Assembly (NCBI GenBank): GCA_043759965.1
Contig: JAYUPT010000005.1
Coordinates: forward strand, 1-52,940
Length of the DNA stretch: 52,940 bases
Reading direction: 5' to 3'
From: Aestuariivirga sp.
GTDB lineage: Bacteria > Pseudomonadota > Alphaproteobacteria > Rhizobiales > Aestuariivirgaceae
A model generated the notes under the pieces. It did no database searches and was not told the origin of the DNA. It saw only the letters and a list, made by a program, of their open reading frames with translations. Shown in pieces: positions 11,471 to 20,540 of this stretch. The first letter of the stretch is position 1. Each line of letters begins with the position of its first letter. The translations under genes and the position numbers were made by a program.

Positions 11471-11931
11471 AATAGTTTTACATGCCGATCTTTGGCTTGG
11501 CGGATGGACGCGGCGAGCGCCAGATTGCGATTTTGCACCACGTCTTCCAATGTAATAGCACCGAGAAAATTCATCATCTGACGGCCGAGAGATGACCATA
11601 GATCATGCGAATTGCAGCGCTCGCCCTTCACGCAGCCGGGCACCGCATCGCCAGCGCAGCGTGTTGCGTTCAAGGTTTCGTCAGCAGCGAGAATCACTTC
11701 CGACATATTGATCTCGGAAGCATCGCGCGCCAGCTCATAGCCGCCGCCGGGCCCACGCGAACTGGTGACCAGATTGGCGCGGCGCAATTTTCCGAACAGT
11801 TGCTCCAAATATTCCTGGCTAATGTCTTGCCGATCGGCGATTTCGGCCAAAGACACGGGTTTTCCGTTGGCGTTCTCGCCAATATCGATCATCGCCATAA
11901 CGGCGTAGCGTCCTTTGGTGCTCATTTTCAT
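11467..11931 (-). CDS. iscR: Rrf2-family Fe-S-sensing regulator, IscR-like
   Basis: STKGRYAV, YLEQLF, RGPGGGY; three Cys plus His (C..C..CNSHDLW); first gene of the suf operon. Confidence 0.88.
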   Translation of the reverse strand: MKMSTKGRYAVMAMIDIGENANGKPVSLAEIADRQDISQEYLEQLFGKLRRANLVTSSRGPGGGYELARDASEINMSEVILAADETLNATRCAGDAVPGCVKGERCNSHDLWSSLGRQMMNFLGAITLEDVVQNRNLALAASIRQAKDRHVKLF

Positions 11932-12043
11932 GGGCTTTTGCCTGTTCCATTAACGAAAAGCTTGCTTTTTGCCCCCTGCTCCGTGCTAAAGGCGCGGAGG
12001 CTTTGAAGCTGAACGGTTTTTTTGCGTTTTGCCGTTCTCATCA

Positions 12044-12075
12044 GTACTACTAAATCCGACTATTGGAGTCAATTA
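12044..12075 (-). promoter_or_regulatory. iscR-suf promoter with an overlapping IscR-type operator
   Basis: Minus strand TTGACT-N17-TAGTAC; dyad GACT-attgg-AGTC overlapping the -35 resembles IscR type-1 sites. Confidence 0.55.
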
Positions 12076-12127
12076 CTTGCGCCCCGCGCTGTGATTGACC
12101 CAGCCCTCAACAAATATGGGATGCATT

Positions 12128-12775
12128 ATGCCAGAAGTGATTTTTAACGGACCTGCGGGGCGCATTGAAGCGCGTTACCACCAAGGCAAAAACAGCGCAG
12201 CGCCAATTGCCATTTTGCTGCATCCGCACCCTACGTTTGGCGGCACCATGAATAACCCCATTGTGCATTCGCTTTATCAGCTTTTTCAAAGCCGTGGCTT
12301 TTCGGTGTTGCGTTTTAACTTTCGTGGCGTTGGCCGTAGCCAAGGCTTGTTTGACAATGGCGCTGGCGAATTGGCTGATGCGGCTTCGGCGCTGGATTGG
12401 TTGCAAGCTTTAAACCGCGAATCGAAGATTTGCTGGATTGCTGGCGTTTCATTCGGCGCTTGGATTTCCATGCAATTGCTCATGCGCCGCCCTGAAATTG
12501 GTGGATTTATTTCGATTGCACCTTTGGCCAAGCATTATGATTTCTCATTCCTCGCCCCCTGCCCAGCTTCCGGCTTGTTTCTCAATGGCGGCAAAGACAC
12601 GGTTACAGCGCCTGAAGCTGTTCACACTTTGGTTTCAAAACTAAAAACCCAAAAAGGCATAGCTATCGAGCATAAGGTGATCGCCGATGCCAACCACTTC
12701 TTCCAAGATCGCGTAGAAGAGTTGACCAAGATTTGTGCTGATTATTTGGATAAGCGGCTGACTCAGGAAGAGTGA
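12128..12775 (+). CDS. Alpha/beta hydrolase of the family commonly found next to suf operons
   Basis: HPHPTFGGTMNN, RFNFRGVGRSQG, GVSFG nucleophile elbow, ANHFF; start MPEVIF at 12128. Confidence 0.9.
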   Translation: MPEVIFNGPAGRIEARYHQGKNSAAPIAILLHPHPTFGGTMNNPIVHSLYQLFQSRGFSVLRFNFRGVGRSQGLFDNGAGELADAASALDWLQALNRESKICWIAGVSFGAWISMQLLMRRPEIGGFISIAPLAKHYDFSFLAPCPASGLFLNGGKDTVTAPEAVHTLVSKLKTQKGIAIEHKVIADANHFFQDRVEELTKICADYLDKRLTQEE

Positions 12776-12802
12776 GATTTGCTCGATGAACTTTAATTTA
12801 TC

Positions 12803-12886
12803 TGTCATCCCGACGAAAGTCGGGACCCAGAAATGCAAGTTCGGTGTTTGATGAAAGTCTGGGTCCCGTCTTTCGACGGGATGACA
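12803..12886. repeat. GTCAT/ATGAC palindromic dyad, copy C, between convergent genes
   Basis: TGTCAT-CCCGAC-GAAA-GTCGGG-ACCCAGA...TCTGGGT-CCCGTC-TTTC-GACGGG-ATGACA. Confidence 0.88.
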
Positions 12887-12887
12887 A

Positions 12888-13988
12888 TTATTTGTAAAAT
12901 TCAGAAATAATCTTTCCGCCCGTCATTTCTTTGGTAACTCCCGTTGTCCCCGGAAACGTGATCAGTAATCCGCGCAGGCTTCTGACCGCGAGATAAGCCC
13001 AAGCTTCGGCTTCCATGCTGTCGCCGTTGAAGCCAGCATCTTCAGCACTTTGAACGTTGCCAAGAATTTCCCTTAAACCCTGCATGATCGCGGCGTTGTG
13101 CCTTCCGCCGCCACAGATCACCCATGTGTTGACAGGCTCATGGAACCAGCGGGCGGCTCTGGCAATTGAATGAACGGTGAAGGCGGTGAGGGTGGCTGCT
13201 CCATTTTCCAATGAGAGGTCGGTTACTGAGACATTCTCAAAACTGTTGCGATCCAATGATTTGGGTGGGCGCTTTTGGAAATAGGGGTTTTCCAGTGCCG
13301 CCTTCAAATGCTTGGGTGAAATGTTTCCTGCCAAAGCCAGTGCTCCGCCCTCATCATGGGTTTGGCCAGTGTGCCTATGCACCCAATCATTGATCAGCGC
13401 ATTGCCGGGGCCTGTGTCGAAGGCCAGCAATTCGCCGTTGGCGCTGATGTGGGTGACATTGGCTACGCCGCCGATATTTACGAAAGCCATGGGTGGGTTT
13501 TTGTCCAGGGCGCGGTGATAGGCCGGAACCAGTGGTGCTCCCTGCCCGCCTGCGGCAACGTCTGCGGCGCGCATGTCATAAACCACTGGGATCAGGAAAG
13601 TATCGGCGATGATTTGGCCAAGGCCAAGCTGCACTGTCAGTTTTATTTCAGGTTTATGAATTACAGTTTGGCCGTGAAAGCCGATTACATCAATCATAGT
13701 GTTATCATAGTCTGTGGTCTCGAAAAACCTTTCGAGTGCCCCAACATGCCAATGCGTGAGCTCCTCTTCCACTTCGGCAAGACATCCGGGTCGTTGCGTG
13801 CGATCGGTTATGACAGCCGCATCCTTCAGCGCCTGCCGCAACAATGCTTGTCGTTCGGCTGAGTAAGGGTAGGTCATACTCGGCCCGCGCTCGACAAATC
13901 CTTCGCCATCAGTGCGGATCAAGGCCACGTCAATGCCATCCAGCGAGGTGCCAGACATCAAACCAATGCTTGTGTAAATTTTTGACAT
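12888..13988 (-). CDS. anmK: Anhydro-N-acetylmuramic acid kinase
   Basis: IGLMSGTSLDGID, GFHGQT, GGQGAPLVP, NIGGVAN, FDTGPGN; start ATG 13988. Confidence 0.96.
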   Translation of the reverse strand: MSKIYTSIGLMSGTSLDGIDVALIRTDGEGFVERGPSMTYPYSAERQALLRQALKDAAVITDRTQRPGCLAEVEEELTHWHVGALERFFETTDYDNTMIDVIGFHGQTVIHKPEIKLTVQLGLGQIIADTFLIPVVYDMRAADVAAGGQGAPLVPAYHRALDKNPPMAFVNIGGVANVTHISANGELLAFDTGPGNALINDWVHRHTGQTHDEGGALALAGNISPKHLKAALENPYFQKRPPKSLDRNSFENVSVTDLSLENGAATLTAFTVHSIARAARWFHEPVNTWVICGGGRHNAAIMQGLREILGNVQSAEDAGFNGDSMEAEAWAYLAVRSLRGLLITFPGTTGVTKEMTGGKIISEFYK

Positions 13989-14019
13989 GCAAATCACCTC
14001 ACGATAAGAGGCCCTTACC

Positions 14020-15258
14020 ATGACCCAGTACAAATCAGAATTCCTTAACACTTTGGCCACCCGTGGCTTTATTCATCAATGCTCGGACAATGAAGGGTTG
14101 GACGCACTGGCGGCATCCCAAAAGCTAGTGGCTTATATTGGGTTTGATTGCACCGCATCCTCGCTTCATGTGGGTTCTTTGGTGCAAATTATGATGCTGC
14201 ATTGGCTGCAAGCATCCGGCAATAAGCCGATTGTTTTGATGGGCGGAGGCACCACGCGCGTGGGTGACCCATCGGGGCGCGATGAAAGCCGCAAATTATT
14301 ATCGCTTGATGATATTGAAAATAACAAGCGCGGCATTCAACAAGTGTTCGATAAGTTTTTGAAGTTTGGCTCCGGCAATACTGATGCCATGATGGTGGAT
14401 AATGCCGAGTGGCTTGCATCGCTCAACTACCTCGACATGTTGCGCGATGTGGGCAAGCATTTTAGTGTGAACCGCATGTTGGCCATGGACTCGGTTAAGC
14501 AACGCCTCGAAAGGGAGAGCGAGTTCTCATTTATCGAGTTCAATTACATGGTGCTGCAAGCCTATGATTATTCCGAGCTGGCGCGGCGCTATGGCTGCAA
14601 CCTACAAATGGGTGGCTCTGATCAATGGGGCAACATTGTTAACGGCATTGATCTTGGCCGGCGCATGGGCACGCATCAACTCTATGCTTTAACTTCTCCA
14701 CTGATCACATTGTCATCGGGTGCCAAGATGGGCAAAACTGCCAATGGAGCCGTGTGGCTGAATGCTGATATGCGATCACCTTACGAATACTGGCAATTCT
14801 GGCGCAACACTGAAGATGCGGATGTGGGGCGGTTTTTGAAGCTGTTCACCACTTTGCCGATGGCAGAAATTGCCAAGTTGGAAGCCTTGGGTGGTGCGGA
14901 AATTAACGAAGCCAAAAAGATTTTGGCCAATGAAGCAACTGCTTTGTTGCATGGTGCTGCCGCCGCTGAGCTTGCTGCTTATACCGCGCGCAGAACATTT
15001 GAGGAAGGTGCATCTGCAGCTGGTTTGCCCACTGTGTATGTGGAATTGCCAATTGGTACTTTAACGGCGCTGGTTCAGGCGGGCCTTGCTGGTTCCAATG
15101 GCGAGGCCAAGCGTTCCATTCAAGGTGGCGCCATAAAGTTGAATGATGTTACAGTGACTGATGAGCGGCTTAACATTTCAACTTCAGATTTAAATTCTGA
15201 AGGTGCTGCAAAACTTTCCATGGGCAAGAAGAAGCATGTGCTCTTGCGACAGGGTTAG
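14020..15258 (+). CDS. tyrS: Tyrosine--tRNA ligase
   Basis: [31 protein letters not shown]-terminal S4-like domain. Confidence 0.98.
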   Translation: MTQYKSEFLNTLATRGFIHQCSDNEGLDALAASQKLVAYIGFDCTASSLHVGSLVQIMMLHWLQASGNKPIVLMGGGTTRVGDPSGRDESRKLLSLDDIENNKRGIQQVFDKFLKFGSGNTDAMMVDNAEWLASLNYLDMLRDVGKHFSVNRMLAMDSVKQRLERESEFSFIEFNYMVLQAYDYSELARRYGCNLQMGGSDQWGNIVNGIDLGRRMGTHQLYALTSPLITLSSGAKMGKTANGAVWLNADMRSPYEYWQFWRNTEDADVGRFLKLFTTLPMAEIAKLEALGGAEINEAKKILANEATALLHGAAAAELAAYTARRTFEEGASAAGLPTVYVELPIGTLTALVQAGLAGSNGEAKRSIQGGAIKLNDVTVTDERLNISTSDLNSEGAAKLSMGKKKHVLLRQG

Positions 15259-15261
15259 TGT

Positions 15262-18200
15262 TTAATTCGAGGCATCGCCGCTGGATTTTTTTGGTGCGCC
15301 CGATTTGGTGAAATCAAACAGTCTGCGGAAGATGCCGGGGGCCAAAGCGGAGATTGGATTTACCTTAATATCAGGTGCCGCCAATGTGCCGCCCATGGCA
15401 TAGGTGACGCCGAACAAGCCTTCATTATTATTGCCGCCGCTCAGAATATCGCCCAACAGCGGCACATTATTAAACACGCCCGTAATACCGCAAGCAGGGA
15501 TAACTGAGCCTGTCACGTCCAAGGCACCATCTTTTTTTCTAATCACCCCATCGGCTGTTGCGCACATGTCTGGTCCACGCAAAATAACATCACCTAGGCG
15601 CACAAATTTGCTATCAATATCAAATGGTAACCACAGTTTTGTGAAAGTAATGCCGCCTTTGCGTGGGCCAGATTTTTTGGGTTTGCCGCGTTGATCCAAT
15701 TCAGCCAAAGCTGCTTCGTTGCGCACCTCGAAATTCTTGATTTGCAATTGGCCATTGCGCAAAGGCGAGCCTTGTTCATTGCCAATAAGCGCTGAAAATT
15801 GCAACTCACCACCGGCAATCTTGGAGTAGAAATTCGCAGCACGCACCACAGCGCCACCATCTCCGCTAAACACTTTCATATCGCGCCCTTCGGCCAAGGG
15901 TGTCACCTTGATTCGCAAGGGTTGACCACTGAGAAAATTGCCAGAGATATCTGCCTCAGCAACTTTGCCCGCCCTAGCGCGTAAAACCGCAACCACATCA
16001 TCCACGGCTTCACCACGGAAAGCTGTGACGTGTTTGAATTTGGCCTTCAATATAAAATCTTGGTTGGGCGTGGTGGAATTTTCTGATGCAGGCTTGCCGC
16101 CCTCTTCGGTTTGCACGGGTGAAATCAAAGATTCAATATAGGGCCTCGCATCAAAATTGTTTCCAGAAACTGTGAGCGCTAAATTGTCTTCGCCCGGTAT
16201 AATTGTTGCTGAGAACACGTTGTCTTCATCCAAGCGAATTTCATCCATGGTGATGGATTTCATTAAGCCGCCTGCTGCTACTTCTAAGTTGCCACGCAAT
16301 TTTAAGCCTGGCCCATCTAACTTGAAATCATCAACCTTGCGCGAACCACCTTCAGTTGTTGTGATGGTGAATGATGCTGTTGTGCCTTTTTGCGCAGCAC
16401 GTTTCCACCCTAAGGCCTGAAGTTTCATTTTGGCATTAGAAAGGTCGGCTTCGGCAGTTACAATGGTTTGGCCTTTTTCGTTCGTGCCGATTTCAGCCTT
16501 CACGGGTGTTGGACCAGAGAGATAATCAGCAATTTTCAGGCCTAATTTTTCGCGGGTTTTTTCGTCCAAAGTTGTGGCAATTTGCGATGTTGCATAACCA
16601 ACGCCACGCGGTTTTTTCCACACGACTTTGGCATCAAGGCCATTCACTTTTGCTGGGCCTGAAACTGATATGATGTCATTTGAAACATCAACGACAAGTT
16701 CACCATCAGTCAAATCTATGCCCGGTAAAATTTTGGCGATGGCTGCATTTTCAATGCCAATCTTAGTTGAAAATTCGACACGCTCTTTTGGTATATTTTT
16801 GATCAGAGGAAATTGTAAATCAATTGCGACTTTGGCCGTGCCTTGCAGTTTTGGAAATTTTGTAAGATCGGTTTTTATCAAATCGAGATCTGGCTGGCTC
16901 GCAAGATCTACCATCGCATCCACAGGGCTTGCGAGGTTGAAGCCGAACACCCCTTGCACTTCCTCTTTCATAATTCCGTGGGCTGCAAAAGTTCCTTCTT
17001 CAAGCATAACAATTCTGCCAGATTCCAACGTGGTTTGCCCTGTTGAAAAGATCAAATCAAAATCATTGTCGGTTTGTGTTGCTTCTAACTTTGCATTGGT
17101 AATGAGCGGCAGATTTTTAAAATAATGTGATGTTACATCTTCAATTTTAAATTTGAAGTTGACTGCACCTTTGGGCAGTAGGCGTTCGATTTTTGCTTTG
17201 GCTAGGGCGTTGGCTGGTAAATTTATTTGGAATGTGCCCTCAGTCACGCGACCATCAATAACATTTTCGGAAATCCACGTTCTTGATCTTGGTGCGACGA
17301 TTGGGGGCCACAATTTTTTAAGCAAGGTGGCTGACACATCGCGCACACGGCCAGCCAATTGAATGCCTGCCGAATCTTCGCCGCCCGTAATAATGCCGCG
17401 CATCCGCACGCCGGTGTTTCCAGACATTACCACCAAATCAGAAATATCAAGGCGGGCTTGTTCAATGGCAGCGCGGCCTTTGAATTCGATGCGGTCAACA
17501 AGAACTGGATCAGTGTCTGTTACTTTGGATTCAATGTTCACATTTTGCGCTTGCAAGGCAATCTCAAAAGCGTCCAACTTTCCATCGGGCAGCCGCACTG
17601 GCGTTAGCTTTCCGGAAATATCGGCGCGAGATCCACCAACCAGTAGAGAAGAATCGACGATATTAAAAACTCCCGTACTAGCTTCATAATTAATGTGGAA
17701 GTTGCCATCATCGATATTGATTGGCTGAGCCAAATAATCCGGCAGGTTTAGTTGCCCTGCGCCGGCAGTTAACTCGGCATTGGCTTTGGTAACGGTGCCA
17801 TCTTCTTTTACTTCAATTTCGATATGGCCAGCAAGCGGCGTTTGCACTTTGGCAAATTGCGAGAGAGCAAAAATCTTTTCGGCCACATTCGCGGGAATGA
17901 GATTTTCCACCGTTGCGCTGATCGAGAAGGATTTTGACTCGCGCTGATAGGTTGCCGAAAATTCTGCGTGCCAAGGCTGGCTGCTGGTGGCCACATCGGC
18001 CTTGGCCAGCACGGCAAATCCATAGGGCATTTTCTTAAATGTTAAATCGGCCGAAGGTGCGAACCAATTTGCGCCATTAGCATCATCAAAAATATTGAGC
18101 GCTGCTTCGCTGATGCGGATGCTGTTTAATGCTGAAACGGAATTTTTGGAGTCGTGCGAGTCGAGAAGTGCGATAAGTTTGGCACCGCTTGTTGTGCTGG

Positions 18201-18777
18201 CTGGAGCGGCTTGATTTTCATTGCCGTTTACCACTTTAAAATTTTCGTCAATCTCGACAGTTTCCGAACTGTCATCGGCTTGCCCGCTCACACCCAAAGT
18301 TAAGGAACCATCTAAATTCCTTCGTGCGCTGATTTTTGGACCAATCAATTCCAATGTATCGGCCACAATTTTTCCCGACAAAAGGCTAGCCGTATCGAGC
18401 GAGACGGCAGCGCGAGGTGCTGAGGCCAATACATTTCCTTCCGCATCACGGAGCACTAGGTTTTGAAAGCGCACATGGGGAATATTACCTTTCCGGTTAA
18501 CTTCCAAAACGGCTCCACCAAGGCTTACTTTCATATCAACGAGTTGTTGGTTAATTGCCGTTTCGATGCGGCTATTGAGAAAAGATAATGAAATTGGGCC
18601 CTGGGTTAAACGCAAAAAAAACAAAGCAAGCACCAGCACAGCAATGGCTATGAGCGACAACACTGACAACAGGGATATTTTTAACAGTCTTAACCGCAAC
18701 GCCTTAGGTTCCAATCTCCATATGTTACTGTTCTCGAATCCTACGGCCATTCTTTCATTAAATGGCATCAGTTCCAA
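15262..18777 (-). CDS. AsmA-like / YhdP-type (DUF3971) intermembrane lipid-transfer-like protein
   Basis: N-terminal TM followed by RLTQGPISL, long beta-rich body, C-terminal NVPLLGDIL...GLFGVTY...VNPISALAPGIFRRLF; start codon uncertain. Confidence 0.8.
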   Translation of the reverse strand: MELMPFNERMAVGFENSNIWRLEPKALRLRLLKISLLSVLSLIAIAVLVLALFFLRLTQGPISLSFLNSRIETAINQQLVDMKVSLGGAVLEVNRKGNIPHVRFQNLVLRDAEGNVLASAPRAAVSLDTASLLSGKIVADTLELIGPKISARRNLDGSLTLGVSGQADDSSETVEIDENFKVVNGNENQAAPASTTSGAKLIALLDSHDSKNSVSALNSIRISEAALNIFDDANGANWFAPSADLTFKKMPYGFAVLAKADVATSSQPWHAEFSATYQRESKSFSISATVENLIPANVAEKIFALSQFAKVQTPLAGHIEIEVKEDGTVTKANAELTAGAGQLNLPDYLAQPINIDDGNFHINYEASTGVFNIVDSSLLVGGSRADISGKLTPVRLPDGKLDAFEIALQAQNVNIESKVTDTDPVLVDRIEFKGRAAIEQARLDISDLVVMSGNTGVRMRGIITGGEDSAGIQLAGRVRDVSATLLKKLWPPIVAPRSRTWISENVIDGRVTEGTFQINLPANALAKAKIERLLPKGAVNFKFKIEDVTSHYFKNLPLITNAKLEATQTDNDFDLIFSTGQTTLESGRIVMLEEGTFAAHGIMKEEVQGVFGFNLASPVDAMVDLASQPDLDLIKTDLTKFPKLQGTAKVAIDLQFPLIKNIPKERVEFSTKIGIENAAIAKILPGIDLTDGELVVDVSNDIISVSGPAKVNGLDAKVVWKKPRGVGYATSQIATTLDEKTREKLGLKIADYLSGPTPVKAEIGTNEKGQTIVTAEADLSNAKMKLQALGWKRAAQKGTTASFTITTTEGGSRKVDDFKLDGPGLKLRGNLEVAAGGLMKSITMDEIRLDEDNVFSATIIPGEDNLALTVSGNNFDARPYIESLISPVQTEEGGKPASENSTTPNQDFILKAKFKHVTAFRGEAVDDVVAVLRARAGKVAEADISGNFLSGQPLRIKVTPLAEGRDMKVFSGDGGAVVRAANFYSKIAGGELQFSALIGNEQGSPLRNGQLQIKNFEVRNEAALAELDQRGKPKKSGPRKGGITFTKLWLPFDIDSKFVRLGDVILRGPDMCATADGVIRKKDGALDVTGSVIPACGITGVFNNVPLLGDILSGGNNNEGLFGVTYAMGGTLAAPDIKVNPISALAPGIFRRLFDFTKSGAPKKSSGDASN

Positions 18778-18902
18778 GCGGTAATGGCCAGTAAAGCTTG
18801 TTCAAAAAATGACGGTTTTTGGGATAATGACAATTGGGTAAAATCCGGCTAGACTTGGCCAGCACCACAATTTGGCCACAGGTGCAGGTGAACGAGTGTA
18901 TT

Positions 18903-19370
18903 ATGTTTTTTAAGAAACCCAAAAGCGAAACTGAAAATAGCTCAAATGTTCTTGATCCTTCTTATATTGCGAGGGACACTTCATTTGAAGGCAACATAAT
19001 TTGCGATGGTGAAATCCACATTGATGGCATGGTGCGTGGCACCGTGCGGGCGCACACCTGTTTGATTGATGCGCATGGCGAAATCCACGGCGAGCTTACG
19101 GCGCAACATATATTTATTCGCGGTCGTATGATTGGCCCGGTCACTGGCACGCATGTGAACATTCAAGTTGGTGCCCATGTGGAAGGCAATGTGACCAATG
19201 AAACAATTAGCATTGAAAATGGGGCTTATGTTTATGGTTCTATGCGGCAAGGTGGATTAAGCGAACCGCAGGCTGCCCCTGCCCCTGAACCCTTCAAAAC
19301 AATGACAGTTTCACCGCATGTGGAAGATGTGATCGACAATGTGCGGCCCATAAAGTCGGCCCTGCCTTAG
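18903..19370 (+). CDS. Bactofilin (polymer-forming cytoskeletal protein)
   Basis: MFFKK N-terminus; beta-helix repeats SYIARDTSFEGNIICDGEIHIDGMVRG...ISIENGAYVYG. Confidence 0.85.
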   Translation: MFFKKPKSETENSSNVLDPSYIARDTSFEGNIICDGEIHIDGMVRGTVRAHTCLIDAHGEIHGELTAQHIFIRGRMIGPVTGTHVNIQVGAHVEGNVTNETISIENGAYVYGSMRQGGLSEPQAAPAPEPFKTMTVSPHVEDVIDNVRPIKSALP

Positions 19371-19373
19371 ACC

Positions 19374-20502
19374 TTAATCAATATCTTCGATAGCACCTGC
19401 GCCACCATGAATGCGGTGGGCCAATGACGCTTGGATGAAATCATCAAGCTCGCCGCCCAGCACTGCTGTTGGGTTGGTGCTGGTAAAACCGGTGCGCAAA
19501 TCTTTCACGAGCTGATAAGGCTGCAAAACATATGAACGGATTTGGTGGCCCCAACCAATATCGGTTTTGGTGGCATTGGCGGCATCCACTTTATCTTGCT
19601 TCAGCTGAACCTCTCGTTCGTAGAGTCTTGATTTCAACATCTTCAAAGCTGTGGCGCGGTTTTTGTGCTGCGAACGTTCAGCTTGGCAAGCTACGATGAT
19701 TCCAGTGGGCATGTGCGTAATTCGCACAGCGGAATCAGTTGTGTTGATGTGCTGACCGCCAGCGCCAGAGGCCCGGTAAGTATCCACCTTCAAATCACTA
19801 TCGATAATTTCAATATTGATATTATCGTCGATCACCGGATAGGCCCAGGCCGATGAGAATGACGTGTGGCGGCGGGCATTTGAATCATATGGCGAAATGC
19901 GCACAAGGCGGTGCACGCCACTTTCGGTTTTCAATTTACCATACGCATTCTTGCCTTTGATTTGCAGGGTGCAGGATTTGATGCCGGCTTCTTCACCGTC
20001 ATGCTGGTCTAGCACTTCAACTTTATACTTATTCATGTTGGCCCAGCGCACATACATGCGCATGAGCATGGAGGCCCAGTCTTGGCTTTCGGTGCCGCCT
20101 GCGCCTGCGTTAATTTGCAAATAGGTGTCGAAACTATCGGCTTCACCAGAGAGCAGCGCGTCGAGCTCCACGGCTGCTACATCTTTTTTCAATGCGAGAA
20201 GTGCTTTCTCGGCTTCATCGACGATTGATTGATCGCCTTCAGCTTCGCCCATTGCGATGAGTTCGGTGTTGTCTGAAATTGCAGTTTGAATGCGTAAGAT
20301 ACCGCCAATGCGCGTATCAAGCTCAGTTCGGCGCTTCATCACCTCTTGGGCTTTTTGCGGGTCATTCCAAAGGCTTGCGTCTTCGGCTTTAGCATTTAGT
20401 TCAGCTAATTCGCGGATTGAATTATCCCAGTCAAAGATGCCTCCGCAGCAAGCCTACGGATTGTTCGATCTCATCGATCAACTTGATAATTTCGGCGCGC
20501 AT
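19374..20502 (-). CDS. prfB: Peptide chain release factor 2, with programmed +1 frameshift
   Basis: MRAEIIKLIDEIEQSVGLLRRHL then CTT-TGA-C, continuing DWDNSIRE... into the ORF with GGTESQDW, SPY and GGQ motifs. Confidence 0.96.
20430..20444 (-). other. prfB +1 frameshift site
   Basis: GGAGG-CAT-CTT-TGA-C on the minus strand: internal Shine-Dalgarno plus slippery CTTTGAC. Confidence 0.93.
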
Positions 20503-20540
20503 GATGAACCCTAACTCTTGGTAATGATTTGTGGTGGCGC

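Noticed and set aside
11471-11599. N-terminal extension of the IscS-like ORF
   Set aside because: Overlaps iscR in another frame; homology begins at RTYLDHNA, right after a TTGA junction.
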